From an uncultured Chloroflexia bacterium (GTDB taxonomy: Bacteria > Chloroflexota > Limnocylindria > Limnocylindrales > CSP1-4), in NCBI GenBank assembly GCA_963768655.1, contig CAVYIM010000004.1, positions 224,001 to 288,000 on the forward strand: a DNA stretch of 64,000 nucleotides, given 5' to 3'. Below the pieces are notes generated by a model. That model did not search any database and had not been told where the DNA came from. It saw only the letters and a program-made list of their open reading frames with translations. Shown here piece by piece: positions 46,894 through 57,395 of this stretch (position 1 is its first letter; every line of letters starts with the position of its first letter). The position numbers were made by a program, and so were the translations under genes.

Positions 46894-48267
46894 TCACGCG
46901 ACCACTCCCTCGACATCCCGGTACATGCCCTTGCGCCAGGTGTGGTCGAGCATGTCGCTCATGCACCTGGTCAGAAGGCCGGCCAGCTCCGGGTCCAGGA
47001 TGTGCATGTCGCAGGCCAGCAGATCCAGGTTCGCCTTCTCGCTGTTCAGGTGCTTCTGGAGCAGGGACAGCATGAGCGTGGCGCGTTGCGACCAGGTCGG
47101 ATGCGAGGGATCGGGCTGCCACATCGGCCCGTCGCCGTTGCCCTCGGCCCAGCCCCGCTGCAGTGTTGCCAGCTCCTCGCTCTGGTCGTAGGCGGACCAG
47201 CCGCGCATCGGGATGATCAGCGCCGTGGGCCCTCGCGTCTCGTTCAGCTTGCGGGCGATGTCCAGGGAGACCTGCTCCACTTCTTCAAGGGTCGCCGGAA
47301 GGACCGTCACGGAGTCGTTGTGCTGATATGGCAACCCGCTGCCCCGGTGCGACCTCCGCCGCCCCGTCTTCAGCTCGTCGAGATACTGTTGGGGCACGGA
47401 GTGGAGCGGACCGAGGGCCGCCTGATCGAGGCCACCCGGCACGACGATCTGCGGGATTCCCATCGCGCTGGCCGCGGTGAGGCGTTCGCCTTCCCACGTC
47501 TTTGGGTTTCCGTACACGCTGCCGAGCAGGTTGTTCATGAGCTCGGCGGGGGTGATGTCGAAGATGGCCGAGATCAGGCCGGAGCGAATCAGATCCTCCA
47601 TCGTGGCGCCGACACCGACGGCGTGGAAGATGCTGGCATCCCAGCCCTTGCTCTCCATGAACACCGCGCACCGCAGAACCGTGGGTGTCGTGGTGCCGTA
47701 GGAGGTGATCGCGACCAGCGGTCTGGAGCCTCGCGGGACCTCGGGCACCAGGGCCATCGCGACGACGGCCGCGGCCGCGTTCGCCACCGCCTTGCGGGTG
47801 ACGACGTTGATGCCCTGTTCGGCGGTGGGATTGACGATGTAGATGTCCTTGTTGCCCAGCCACATGCTGACGTCGCTCGACGCCATGTCGGTGAGCATGA
47901 TCTTCGGGACCCCGAAGGGGAGAGCCCGCATGACCCGGGTCGCGGCCGTCGTGCCAACCGATCCCGCCCACGAGATGATGCCGTCGCACCTGCCCGCCGC
48001 ATGGAGCTCCACGATCTTGACGGCGCCGGCACGACCGACCATGTCGAGCGCACTCGCCCGCGGTGCCGCGAAGACGTCTTCGATGCGAGTGCCCGTGGAG
48101 GCCAGGACCTCCTCCAGGCGGATGTCGGCCCAGTCGACTGCGGCGCCCAGGCTGAGGTCCATGATGACCGGCTCGCCGCCGTGCTCCGCGACCTGCTCCG
48201 CCAGGTACCTGATCTCGGCGCTCTTGGTATTGCACATGCCGGCGCAGACGATCGTCGGCTTGGTCAT
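46894..48267 (-). CDS. Tm-1-like ATP-binding domain protein (UPF0261)
   Basis: NTKSAE, MRALPFGVPKIM, GTTTP, FHAVGVG and GERLTAA..GIPQIVVPGGLD. Confidence 0.88.
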   Translation of the reverse strand: MTKPTIVCAGMCNTKSAEIRYLAEQVAEHGGEPVIMDLSLGAAVDWADIRLEEVLASTGTRIEDVFAAPRASALDMVGRAGAVKIVELHAAGRCDGIISWAGSVGTTAATRVMRALPFGVPKIMLTDMASSDVSMWLGNKDIYIVNPTAEQGINVVTRKAVANAAAAVVAMALVPEVPRGSRPLVAITSYGTTTPTVLRCAVFMESKGWDASIFHAVGVGATMEDLIRSGLISAIFDITPAELMNNLLGSVYGNPKTWEGERLTAASAMGIPQIVVPGGLDQAALGPLHSVPQQYLDELKTGRRRSHRGSGLPYQHNDSVTVLPATLEEVEQVSLDIARKLNETRGPTALIIPMRGWSAYDQSEELATLQRGWAEGNGDGPMWQPDPSHPTWSQRATLMLSLLQKHLNSEKANLDLLACDMHILDPELAGLLTRCMSDMLDHTWRKGMYRDVEGVVA

Positions 48268-48556
48268 CTTCGGACACCTTCCTCGCATGTCGCGTCCGGG
48301 GCGGCCCTCGGCCGGTCGGACCGATCCGAAGGACACCTCGTGACTGTCCCCTCTAGGATGACGCGCTTCGCCGCCGCCGTCCTGCGGCACGGCCGACGCC
48401 TCTGCCGCCGCCGACCGGCCGCGGGCGTGCCGCCGGTTCGAGACGTAGAATCCTCGGGCCGGGACGGTCGCGATCTCACGCTCACCATCGCCTTGGGGCG
48501 GACAGCCGCCGGACTTGCTGCCGGCAGTGGCGGGCCCAGCTGCAGGAGGCTACGCG

Positions 48557-49729
48557 ATGAAGGAACTCGTCGAGACCATCGCCGCGTGGCGGTCCGACGG
48601 CGCCGACATCGGCCGGGCCGTCGTCGTACGCACGTTCGGCTCGGCGCCACGACCGGAGGGCGCGGTTCTGCTCGCGGCGGCCGACGGTCGGATCGCCGGC
48701 TCCGTGAGCGGCGGCTGCGTCGAGGGGGCCGCCTTCGAGGAGATCCAGCGGGCCCGAGCGACCGGCCGCTCGCGCGTCATCCGGTACGGCATCAGCGACC
48801 AGCAGGCATGGGACGTGGGGCTCGCCTGCGGCGGCGTCATCGACGTACTGGTGGAGCCGTCCGTGCCCGGGGCTGCCGAGGCTGCGGCGCGGGCGGCGGC
48901 GGAACATGATCTGGCCGGCGGCCGGGCCGTGGTCACGCCACTCCCCGGCGACTCACCGGGGCCCGAGGCGGGGCCGCATGTGCCGGGCGAGGGCGAGGCG
49001 CCTGCCCCGGTGCTCGTCGCGTGGGAGGACGGGCGCCTCGACGGCACGCTCGGCGACCCGTCACTCGACGCGGAGCTTGTACGCCTGGCGATGGAGTCGC
49101 TGACCAGCGGCGCCTCCCGAACGGTGGAGCTGGCCGGCAGGTCGCTGTTCATCGAAGCCTTTCCGACCCCGCCGAGGCTCATCGTCGTGGGCGCAGGCCA
49201 GGTCGCAATCCCCCTCGTGGCGATTGCCCGCACCCTTGGCTACGAGACGGTCGTGATCGATGGCCGGCCGGCCTTCGCCACCCGGGAGCGGTTCCCGGAC
49301 GTCGATCGGCTCGTTGTGGGTTGGCCCGATGAAGTGGCGGATTCGATCGGCCTCGGCCCGTCCGACGCCGTGGCGGTGCTGTCTCACGACGCAAAGTTCG
49401 ACGAGCCGGCCCTCCTTGCCGCTCTCGCTCGAGGCTGCCGGTACGTCGGAGCGATCGGCTCACGCAAGAAAGTCGCCGATATGCGGGAGCGCCTGCTGGC
49501 GGCCGGGGCCCGGCGTGAGGACCTGGACCGGCTGCGCAGTCCGGTCGGCCTCGACCTTGGCGGACGCGCGGCGGCCGAGATCGCCCTCTCGATCATGGCC
49601 GAGATCGTGGCGATGCGCTATGGGGGGACGGGCCTGGCGATGCGCGAGAAGACTCGGCCGAAAGCCGACCCAAGATTCCCGGCGGCTCCGTCCCCAACGG
49701 TTCCGCCTGGCCCGGTTGCCGGAGCGTGA
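48557..49729 (+). CDS. xdhC: XdhC/CoxI Moco-sulfuration chaperone
   Basis: GSAPRPEG, GSVSGGCVE, GLACGG, YVGAIGSR, PVGLDLG and EIALSIMAE. Confidence 0.92.
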   Translation: MKELVETIAAWRSDGADIGRAVVVRTFGSAPRPEGAVLLAAADGRIAGSVSGGCVEGAAFEEIQRARATGRSRVIRYGISDQQAWDVGLACGGVIDVLVEPSVPGAAEAAARAAAEHDLAGGRAVVTPLPGDSPGPEAGPHVPGEGEAPAPVLVAWEDGRLDGTLGDPSLDAELVRLAMESLTSGASRTVELAGRSLFIEAFPTPPRLIVVGAGQVAIPLVAIARTLGYETVVIDGRPAFATRERFPDVDRLVVGWPDEVADSIGLGPSDAVAVLSHDAKFDEPALLAALARGCRYVGAIGSRKKVADMRERLLAAGARREDLDRLRSPVGLDLGGRAAAEIALSIMAEIVAMRYGGTGLAMREKTRPKADPRFPAAPSPTVPPGPVAGA

Positions 49730-50355
49730 TCGAGGCCGGCCGGACGGCCGCGGTCGTGCTGGCGGCAGGCGCTTCGTCGCAATTCGGCAGCTCGAAGGCG
49801 CTGGCCCCGCTGTGGGGCCGTCCGCTGCTCCAGCACGTCCTCGACGTGGCGGCGGCCATCGGCTTCGGAGATGTCGTCGTCGTCCTCGGCCACGACGCCG
49901 GCGAGATCGAACGGCAGCTGCGCTGGCGGAACGAGCGACGGGTGCGCAACCCGGATCCGGATGCAGGCCTATCCAGCTCTCTCCGGCTCGGGCTCGAAAG
50001 CCTGGGCCCGGTCAGCCAGGCCGCGCTCATCCTGCTCGGCGACCAGCCGCTCGTGCAAGTGGAGGTGGTGGAGCGGCTGCTTGCCGAGTCCGTCTCCGAG
50101 GCTCGGCCGATAGCGATACCTCGATACCGCGACGGAGGCGGCCGGAATCCGCTGTTGATCCATCGCGCGGCCTGGGCGCTGGCACGCGAGGCGCGGGCCG
50201 ACCGGGGCCTCGGGCCCGTTCTGCGCGATCATCCGGACCTGGTCGTCGAAGTCGACGTGGAGGGCTCGAACCCCGACATCGACACGCCGGAGGACCTGGC
50301 GGCCCTGGAGAACTCGCCGGACCGGCAAGGCCACCCCGTCGCCGGCTCGCCGTAG
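49726..50355 (+). CDS. mocA: Molybdenum cofactor cytidylyltransferase-like protein
   Basis: VLAAGASSQFG, LGDQP and DIDTPED; coupled to xdhC. Confidence 0.82.
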   Translation: MIEAGRTAAVVLAAGASSQFGSSKALAPLWGRPLLQHVLDVAAAIGFGDVVVVLGHDAGEIERQLRWRNERRVRNPDPDAGLSSSLRLGLESLGPVSQAALILLGDQPLVQVEVVERLLAESVSEARPIAIPRYRDGGGRNPLLIHRAAWALAREARADRGLGPVLRDHPDLVVEVDVEGSNPDIDTPEDLAALENSPDRQGHPVAGSP

Positions 50356-50392
50356 CCCATCTGGCCACGAGCATTACTCGAGGAGTACCGAC

Positions 50393-51190
50393 ACGCATAC
50401 CGACCGAAGTCTCCCGCTCGCCTCCATTCCAAACCTGCGTGACGTTGGGGGTCAGACCACCGCCGACGGCCGGCGCGTCCGGACGGGCCTGCTGTACCGT
50501 TCGAGCGCTCTGGACAAGCTCGAAGGCGCGGATGCGGTCGAGTTCGCCCGGCTGGGCGTCCGCACGATCTACGACTTCCGCACCGAGCCGGAGCGGGCGG
50601 CGCGGCCCGACCGGCTGCCCCCGGGCGCGGAGTACGTCGCGGTCGACGTCGTGGGCGACCAGGCAAAGCACGCGCCGAGCCAGCTCATGGAAGCCATGCG
50701 CGATCCAGCCGTCGCCGTCGAGGAGTTCGGCAACGGCAAGGGCACGGCCACGTTCCTCGCTCACTATCGGGAGTTCGTCAGTCTCGAGAGTGCGCGTCTT
50801 GCCCTGGGACGGGTGTTCGGCGATCTCACCGAGGAACAGCACCGACCGGCCCTCATCCACTGCATGGGTGGCAAGGATCGAACGGGCTGGGCGGCGGCCT
50901 CACTGCAGCTCCTGCTGGGTGTGCCCGAGGACCTGGTGACGGCCGACTTCCTGGCCAGCAACGGGAATCTGCGGCCGATGTTCCAGTCCTTCCTCGACGA
51001 CTTCGAGGCCCGCGGTGGCGATCCGGACCTCATCGCCGAGTTCCTCTGGGTCCGCCCCGAGTATCTCGAAGCCGCCCTCGACGAGATGCGGACCTCGTAC
51101 GGGACGATCGAGCGCTACTTCAGCGACGGGCTGCGGCTCGCCGACGGGAAGCTCCGGGCTCTTCGGGCGACGTTCCTCGAAGGCGCTTGA
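50393..51190 (+). CDS. Protein tyrosine/serine phosphatase (Y_phosphatase3 type), apparent ACG start
   Basis: NLRDVGG..G.LYRS..DFRT..E..PD lies upstream of the ORF-track start; HCMGGKDRTG catalytic loop; GAGGAG 7 nt before ACG. Confidence 0.85.
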   Translation, partial: THTDRSLPLASIPNLRDVGGQTTADGRRVRTGLLYRSSALDKLEGADAVEFARLGVRTIYDFRTEPERAARPDRLPPGAEYVAVDVVGDQAKHAPSQLMEAMRDPAVAVEEFGNGKGTATFLAHYREFVSLESARLALGRVFGDLTEEQHRPALIHCMGGKDRTGWAAASLQLLLGVPEDLVTADFLASNGNLRPMFQSFLDDFEARGGDPDLIAEFLWVRPEYLEAALDEMRTSYGTIERYFSDGLRLADGKLRALRATFLEGA

Positions 51191-51316
51191 CAGGCGAGCC
51201 TGTCGCCCGGCTGCCGGGAGGACGTCACGCAGCCTGGCCTCCTGGGCGATTGAGCGGCAAGCGCGCGAACGGGCAACCCCGCTCGGGCCGCTCCGAACGG
51301 TCGCGGGCGCCCGGCG

Positions 51317-51802
51317 TCAGGCCGGCTCGTCCGGCTTTGCCGGCTCGGCCGGTTCCCACCAGTTGGCCGGGGAACGCAGCGGGTTGGCGCGGGCGATCAG
51401 CTCCCGAAAGCCGGCCCGGGGCGGGGAGAAGACGTCGGCGACGAGGCATGCGGTCCCGAGTGTTCGACCTTCGTGTGGGACATCCGGCGGGATCACGTAG
51501 AGGTCGCCCTTGTGAAGCAGCCGGGTCTCGTCCCCGATGGTCAGCTCCATCTCGCCCTCCAGGACGAGGCCGAACTGCTCCTCGGGGTGGTTGTGGCCTG
51601 GGAACCCCCGGTCGGGTCCGAAGGTGACGTAGTTGAGCAGGATGTTCTGGCCGAAGATCGGCCGGAACGAGACGCCTTCGGCAAGTTCGTACAGCGGCTG
51701 GTCGTCGCGCGGGCCCATCCATGCGCCGGCGGCATCGGCCCCGGTGTCGGCAGTGGACGGCGGGCTCGTTCGGAAGTACGGCTCCGGGTCTTTGTCGGTC
51801 AC
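51317..51802 (-). CDS. Cupin domain protein
   Basis: HNHPEEQ..VLEG..IPPDVPH..DVFSPPR; GTG overlaps the upstream stop. Confidence 0.88.
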   Translation of the reverse strand: MTDKDPEPYFRTSPPSTADTGADAAGAWMGPRDDQPLYELAEGVSFRPIFGQNILLNYVTFGPDRGFPGHNHPEEQFGLVLEGEMELTIGDETRLLHKGDLYVIPPDVPHEGRTLGTACLVADVFSPPRAGFRELIARANPLRSPANWWEPAEPAKPDEPA

Positions 51803-52866
51803 GGCAGGATGACGATCTTGATGGCGCCGCTCGTGGGATCGTTGAACGTGGCGAGCGCCTGCTCGTACAGGCTCAGCGAGAAGCGGTGGGTGACCATCTC
51901 GTGCACTCGCATGCGTCCCTGCTCGACAAGCGGCATGACGCGTCGCATCTCGCCCGCGCTGGCCCGGCAGCCGACGAGCTCGAGCTCGTCGAGGACCAGT
52001 CTCTGCATCGCTATCTCGACGCCGGCTGTGGGGATCCCGACGGCTGCGCACCGCCCGCCGCGCCGGAGCATGCCGATCGCCCACTGGACCGTGACCGGCA
52101 CGCCGGCGCATTCGAGGACCACGTCGACGCCGAGGCCGCGGGTCATGCCGCGGATAGCCTCGACCGGATCGCCGGCGCCCGGGTCCATGGTCTCGAAGCC
52201 GAGCTCCGCGGCCTTGGCCCGGCGGCCGGCGTTGGGCTCCACCACGATCACGCGGGAGGCTCCTCGGACCAGCGCAGCGTCGCCGGACAGGAGCCCGATC
52301 GCGCCGCCGCCGGTGATCGCGACGGCGTCGCCCGGAGCCACCCCGCCCCGGTTCGCGACGTGGAGGGCGATCGAGGCCGGGTCGATGATCGCTCCGTCCT
52401 CGAAGCTGATCCCGTCCGGCAGGGCGAAGATGGTCTTCACGCCCTGGACGACGTAGGTCGCGTCCGCGCCCTGGTAGTTGTGCCCGTACTGTTTGTGGAG
52501 CCCGGGCTTGCCGTAGTTCTCGCACAGGTTGTAGCGTCCCTCGACGCACTTCTGGCAGAAGCCGCAGGCGTCGTGGGAGGTGCCGGCGACGCGGTCGCCG
52601 ACCTTCCAGCCGTACAGATCGGAACCGGGGCCCAGGGCCACGATCTCGCCGGCCCACTCGTGGCCCGGGATGAAAGGGAAGCTGAGCGGCCAGAAGCCGG
52701 GGTAGTCGCCGCGGACGAGGTGGATGTCGGTGCCGCAGATCGAGACTGCGCGGACCCGCGCCAGGACTTGATTCGGGCCGGGGGCCGGAGTCGGCACGTC
52801 CTGGATCTCGACGCGATTTGGCTCGAGAACGACGAGGGCCTTCATGGTTGGGGCAAGATCGGGCAC
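51799..52866 (-). CDS. Zn-dependent alcohol/polyol dehydrogenase
   Basis: ICGTD, GHEWAG, CGFCQKC..C and GGGAIG. Confidence 0.92.
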   Translation of the reverse strand: MPDLAPTMKALVVLEPNRVEIQDVPTPAPGPNQVLARVRAVSICGTDIHLVRGDYPGFWPLSFPFIPGHEWAGEIVALGPGSDLYGWKVGDRVAGTSHDACGFCQKCVEGRYNLCENYGKPGLHKQYGHNYQGADATYVVQGVKTIFALPDGISFEDGAIIDPASIALHVANRGGVAPGDAVAITGGGAIGLLSGDAALVRGASRVIVVEPNAGRRAKAAELGFETMDPGAGDPVEAIRGMTRGLGVDVVLECAGVPVTVQWAIGMLRRGGRCAAVGIPTAGVEIAMQRLVLDELELVGCRASAGEMRRVMPLVEQGRMRVHEMVTHRFSLSLYEQALATFNDPTSGAIKIVILP

Positions 52867-52879
52867 CGGTATTCCCTCC

Positions 52880-53770
52880 CTATGTCACGGCCAGCGGGTC
52901 GACCATCGAGCCCGTAGCGCCCCGGATCTTGAGCGGCAGGGCGACGAAGAGGAACTGGTAGACGCGATCCGCGGCGAGCGCCTCAAGATCGAGGCTTTCC
53001 ATCAGATGGATCCCGTTTTCGATCAGCAGCAGGGTGTGGACAGGCTGGGGATTGCCGGTGGGGCCCGGATCGGGGGCCGGCTGGACCTCGTACGTCTCGG
53101 TGTCCGTGCCGGTCGCGACGACGCCCCGCTCGAGGAGCCAGCGGGCGGCGGAGATGTCGGGTCCGGCGGTCTTGTTGGCGGCCATCTTCTCGGCGTCGGG
53201 CCAGAGGCTCATGTAGCCGGTCCGGATCAGGACGACGTCCCAGGGCTCAACGGTGACGCCCTCGGCCTTGCACATCGCCTCCATCTCGTCGGCTCCGACG
53301 GGCGAGCCCTTGGGGAGATGAGCCAGGCCGCGGTGACCGGCGGCATCGAGCAGGATGCCGCGGGTGAAGAATGGCGGCATCTTGGAGGCGTCGCCGAAGG
53401 TTGGCCCGAAATCGGTCAGGTTGTCGTCGGCCTTGCCGCCGCCGTACCAGTGCATGTCCTCGCCCACGGTCATGTGGGCCAGGGCGTCCAGGTGGGCCCC
53501 GGAATGCGACGTCGCCATGACGTACTCGGCCATGTAGCCGAGGCCGGCATCGTTGATGGGCCCCCACGGCTTGGCGCCGGTCACGCGGATGCCGCGCGGG
53601 GTGCGGTAGTTGAGGACCTGGAAGGGCGGGTGGCCCGGGAAGAGCGGCATGCCGGGGTACCGGGTCGCCGCCAGCGAGTAAGTGCGACCCTCGCGAACCA
53701 GTCGGGCCGCCTTGACCAGCTGCTCGGCCGGCATCCGCCCGATCAGCCCAACCTCCGTGTCTTCCGTCAT
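52880..53770 (-). CDS. Cyclase family metal hydrolase (kynurenine formamidase-like)
   Basis: HSGAHLDALAH, VLIRTG, VHTLLL..GIHLME and PLKIRGATGS. Confidence 0.9.
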   Translation of the reverse strand: MTEDTEVGLIGRMPAEQLVKAARLVREGRTYSLAATRYPGMPLFPGHPPFQVLNYRTPRGIRVTGAKPWGPINDAGLGYMAEYVMATSHSGAHLDALAHMTVGEDMHWYGGGKADDNLTDFGPTFGDASKMPPFFTRGILLDAAGHRGLAHLPKGSPVGADEMEAMCKAEGVTVEPWDVVLIRTGYMSLWPDAEKMAANKTAGPDISAARWLLERGVVATGTDTETYEVQPAPDPGPTGNPQPVHTLLLIENGIHLMESLDLEALAADRVYQFLFVALPLKIRGATGSMVDPLAVT

Positions 53771-56037
53771 CGTTCGCTCCTCCCCGTGGCTGCCGGTACC
53801 GCTCGCTCCTGCAGCGCCCGCCAGACGCGTTCGGGTGTGAGCGGCAGATCACGGATCACGGCACCTGTGGCCTCGCGCACGGCGGCAGCCACGGCCGCCG
53901 AGACGCACAGGAGAGCGCCCTCGCTCATGCCCTTTGCGCCGTACGGGCCCGGCCCGTCGGCGTTCTCGATGAACTCGCTGTGCAGCTCCAGGGGCAGGTC
54001 CATGCTCGTCGGAATGCGGTAGTCGATCGCGCCGAGATTCCGGACCCGGCCGGACTCGTCGAAGATGTAGTGCTCCATGAGGGTGTGGCCGAGACCCATG
54101 ATGGCTGCGCCCTCGTCCTGCATCCGAACCTGGAGCGGGTTGATGGCCTTGCCGACGTCGGACACGGTCACGTGGCGGACGATGACGACGTCGCCCGTGC
54201 CCTCGTCCACCCTGGCCTCTATGGCCGTGCAGTTGAACTCGAAGAAGGCCGGCGCTCCCTGGAGCGGATGGTCGGGCTCGGCCTCCTTGCGGCTCTCGCC
54301 GTTGCCGGTCAATTCGCCGCCGAGGCTGCCGAGGCCGGCCTTGAGGACCTCCAGCACCGTCAGCTCGCGATCGGGCAGGCGGACCACTCCCGAGTCGACG
54401 GTGATCTTCTCCTCGTCGACGCCGTGCATCTGGGCCGCCATCTTGCGCAGCTGGGCCTGGATAGAGCGGCAGGCCCGCAGGACCGCGTTGCCCATCAGGA
54501 CCGTCGATCGGCTGGCCGAGGTCTGCGCGTCGTACGGGACGATGGCCGTGTCGCCCATGACCACGGTCACCCAGTCCTGCGGCGCGCCCAGCTCCTGGGC
54601 GGCGATCTGGGCGAAGACCGTCCGGGCACCCTGGCCCATGTCGGACGTTCCCGCATAGACGATGACGCTGCCGTCCGCGAGAAGGCGAACTGTGGAGTAC
54701 GAGAGGCCCGTGGTGGGCCCGGACTTGATGCCGATGGCGATGCCGCGGCCGTGGCCGGGCGGGAGCGGCGTACCCCACCCGATCAGCTCGCCGGCCTTGC
54801 GGACGGTCTGCTGCCAGTCGCCGTCGGCCGGAGTGTCCCACGGGATGAAGGCCTCGCCCTTGCGGGCCAGATTGCGCAGGCGGAACTCGAGGCGGTCGAT
54901 GCCCAGGGCCCGAGCTGCCTCGTCCAGGTTCGATTCCACGGCCCAGTTGATCTGGGGGTTGCCGAAGCCGCGGAACGCGGTGGACGGAACGGTGTGGGAG
55001 AGGATACCGCGGGCCACGATCCTGGCGGCCGGCATGCGGTAGGGTCCTGCTCCGACGTAGCTGCCCTTGTTCACGACCCGATCGGCGATGTCGACGTAGG
55101 CCCCCATCAGGTAGTCGGCCGTGACGTCCTGGAAGACCAGTGTGCCGTCGGAGCGGACGCCGGTCCGGACGTGGATCTCCGCCGCCGTGCGTCGAACCGC
55201 CTGGAATGTCTCCTCCAGGGTCAACACGAGCCGCACCGGGCGGCCGGCCCGGAGGGCCATGAAGGCGACGACGGGCTCGTACTTGATCTGCTGCTTGCCG
55301 CCGAACCCACCTCCCGGATCCGGAGCGATCACGCGCACCCTGGACAGGGGCAGGCCGAGGATGCCGGCCATGATCCTCTGGAGCCAGTAAGGATGCTGGA
55401 TGGTCGTCCAGACGGTGATGCCGTCGCCGTCCGGGGCGACCATGTAGGCGTGGGGCTCGATCGCGAAGTGGGTCACCATCGGGAAGCTGTAGCTGTTCTC
55501 GATGACGACATCGGCATGCTCGGCGTCGACGTCTCCCCAGCCAACGCGATGCACGCGCATGACGTTCGTGGCGGCCAGTGGGTCACCCGGCCGGAGGGCG
55601 CGATCCTGGACGAGCGGAGCTCCCGGGTCGAGGGCCGCCGCGATCGTGAAGATGGCCGGCAGCTCTTCGTACTCGACCCGGACCAGGCGGGCGGCGGCCT
55701 CGGCGGCGGCCTTGGTGTCGGCTGCGACCGCGGCCACGGGCTCGCCGTGGTACTTGGTCTCGCCCACCGCCAGAACGGGTCGGTCCTTGAACTGCGGCCC
55801 GTAGCGCGGCACGGGCTGGGGCAGATCGGCGGCCGTGAGGACGACGCGGACGCCCGGTACCGCCATGGCGGCTGACGTGTCGATGCTGATGATTCGCGCC
55901 CGCGCGACGGGCAGGGTGACGAGCTTGGCGTAGAGCTCGCCGGGAAGGTGGATGTCGGCCACGTACTGCTGCTGGCCGGTGACGCGGGTGTCTCCGCCGG
56001 AGCGCCACGGCGAGGCACCGACCTTGAATGTGCTCAT
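53767..56037 (-). CDS. Xanthine dehydrogenase family Mo-binding (large) subunit
   Basis: VTG..YVADI, GGGFGGK, AFRGFGNPQ, DMGQG, DVGKAINP and GAKGMSE. Confidence 0.93.
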   Translation of the reverse strand: MSTFKVGASPWRSGGDTRVTGQQQYVADIHLPGELYAKLVTLPVARARIISIDTSAAMAVPGVRVVLTAADLPQPVPRYGPQFKDRPVLAVGETKYHGEPVAAVAADTKAAAEAAARLVRVEYEELPAIFTIAAALDPGAPLVQDRALRPGDPLAATNVMRVHRVGWGDVDAEHADVVIENSYSFPMVTHFAIEPHAYMVAPDGDGITVWTTIQHPYWLQRIMAGILGLPLSRVRVIAPDPGGGFGGKQQIKYEPVVAFMALRAGRPVRLVLTLEETFQAVRRTAAEIHVRTGVRSDGTLVFQDVTADYLMGAYVDIADRVVNKGSYVGAGPYRMPAARIVARGILSHTVPSTAFRGFGNPQINWAVESNLDEAARALGIDRLEFRLRNLARKGEAFIPWDTPADGDWQQTVRKAGELIGWGTPLPPGHGRGIAIGIKSGPTTGLSYSTVRLLADGSVIVYAGTSDMGQGARTVFAQIAAQELGAPQDWVTVVMGDTAIVPYDAQTSASRSTVLMGNAVLRACRSIQAQLRKMAAQMHGVDEEKITVDSGVVRLPDRELTVLEVLKAGLGSLGGELTGNGESRKEAEPDHPLQGAPAFFEFNCTAIEARVDEGTGDVVIVRHVTVSDVGKAINPLQVRMQDEGAAIMGLGHTLMEHYIFDESGRVRNLGAIDYRIPTSMDLPLELHSEFIENADGPGPYGAKGMSEGALLCVSAAVAAAVREATGAVIRDLPLTPERVWRALQERAVPAATGRSER

Positions 56038-56510
56038 TCGTGGGCTCCTTCCGCCACGGCCAGAACGGCCTCGGCGATCTGGAGGTAGCAGGCGCATCGG
56101 CACAGGTTCCCGGACAGGCCTTCTTGAACTTCCCCGAGCGTGGCATGCGGATGCGCGGACAGCAGGGCCTGCGCGGCCATCAGCTGGCCGGGCGTGCAGA
56201 AGCCGCACTGGACCGCGCCCTTTTCCAGGAACGCCTGCTGGAGAGGACTGAGCTGCCCATCGCCGCCCAGCCCTTCGACCGTGGAGACCTCGGCGCCGTC
56301 GGCCTCGACCGCCAGCATCAGGCAGCTGTCCACGGCCCGGCCGCTCACGAGAACGGTGCAGGCGCCGCACTCACCGACGTCGCAGCACTCCTTGGTGCCG
56401 GTCAGCTCCAGCTCGTCGCGGAGGACGTCGAGGAGTGTCCGGTTGACGGCCACCTCGATGGCCCGGCGACGGCCGTTTACGGTGATCTCGATCGGAAGCG
56501 TGTCAACCAT
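56034..56510 (-). CDS. Xanthine dehydrogenase family 2Fe-2S subunit
   Basis: CDVGECGACT, QCGFCTPG and GNLCRC. Confidence 0.94.
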   Translation of the reverse strand: MVDTLPIEITVNGRRRAIEVAVNRTLLDVLRDELELTGTKECCDVGECGACTVLVSGRAVDSCLMLAVEADGAEVSTVEGLGGDGQLSPLQQAFLEKGAVQCGFCTPGQLMAAQALLSAHPHATLGEVQEGLSGNLCRCACYLQIAEAVLAVAEGAHE

Positions 56511-57375
56511 TGGTCCGTTCCTCCGCCAGACGGTCGATGGCCGTCTGGAGCGCCCGCCATCCGAGCACGCGGAGCATCGCCAGGCGGTACTCCGGGCTGG
56601 CCCGCATCGATCGTTTGGATGGGCTGGCGCCCGCGAACATCCCTTCGAGGATGCGCGCCTTCGCCTCGTGGGCCGCCTTTGGATCCGCGAGCATGCCCGT
56701 CTCGTCGGCGAACAGAACCGGCCGCGGCCCCACGCTGCCGTAGGCCAGCCGCGTGGCGCCGCCTTCGTCGACCGAGCAGCAGAGCGTGACCGAGGCCAGG
56801 TCGTGGCCTCGCCTCCGGGCCCGGCGGAGGTGGACCGCGCCGGTGCGGTGGGTCGGAACCGGCAGCTCGATCCCGGTCACCAGCTCACCGCGGGCCAGCG
56901 TCGTCACTCCGGACTCGACGAAGAACTCGTTGATGGGGATGCGCCGCGTTCCACGCGGGCCTGCGGCAACCACGGAGGCCCCGTAGACCAGCAGCGGCGG
57001 GGCGGTGTCGGCGGCCGGTGACGCGTTGCAGATGTTGCCGGCCAGCGTGGCCCGGTTGCGGATCTGGACCGAGCCGACGATCGCCGCCGCCTCGCCCAGG
57101 GCGCGGAAATGGCGTCGTACGAGCGGGCTGTCGGCCACGTCCGCCATCACGGTCGCAGCGCCGATCGTCACGACGCCGGCCTCCTCGCGGATCCCCGAAC
57201 ACAGGTCGGCGATCCGCTTGACGTCGATCACCACGGTCGGCTTCTCCGCGCCGCTGCGCAGACCGATGACGAGGTCGGTGCCGCCCGCCAGAAGGCGCGC
57301 GTCGGAGCCGTGCGCATCCAGCAGAGATACGGCCTCGGCCACCGTTGTCGGCCTCTTGTAGGCGAACGTCTGCAT
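56503..57375 (-). CDS. Xanthine dehydrogenase family FAD subunit
   Basis: LAGGTDL and QIRNRATLAGNICNASPAAD. Confidence 0.93.
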   Translation of the reverse strand: MQTFAYKRPTTVAEAVSLLDAHGSDARLLAGGTDLVIGLRSGAEKPTVVIDVKRIADLCSGIREEAGVVTIGAATVMADVADSPLVRRHFRALGEAAAIVGSVQIRNRATLAGNICNASPAADTAPPLLVYGASVVAAGPRGTRRIPINEFFVESGVTTLARGELVTGIELPVPTHRTGAVHLRRARRRGHDLASVTLCCSVDEGGATRLAYGSVGPRPVLFADETGMLADPKAAHEAKARILEGMFAGASPSKRSMRASPEYRLAMLRVLGWRALQTAIDRLAEERTNG

Positions 57376-57395
57376 GGTTTCGGAACCTCCGCGGC

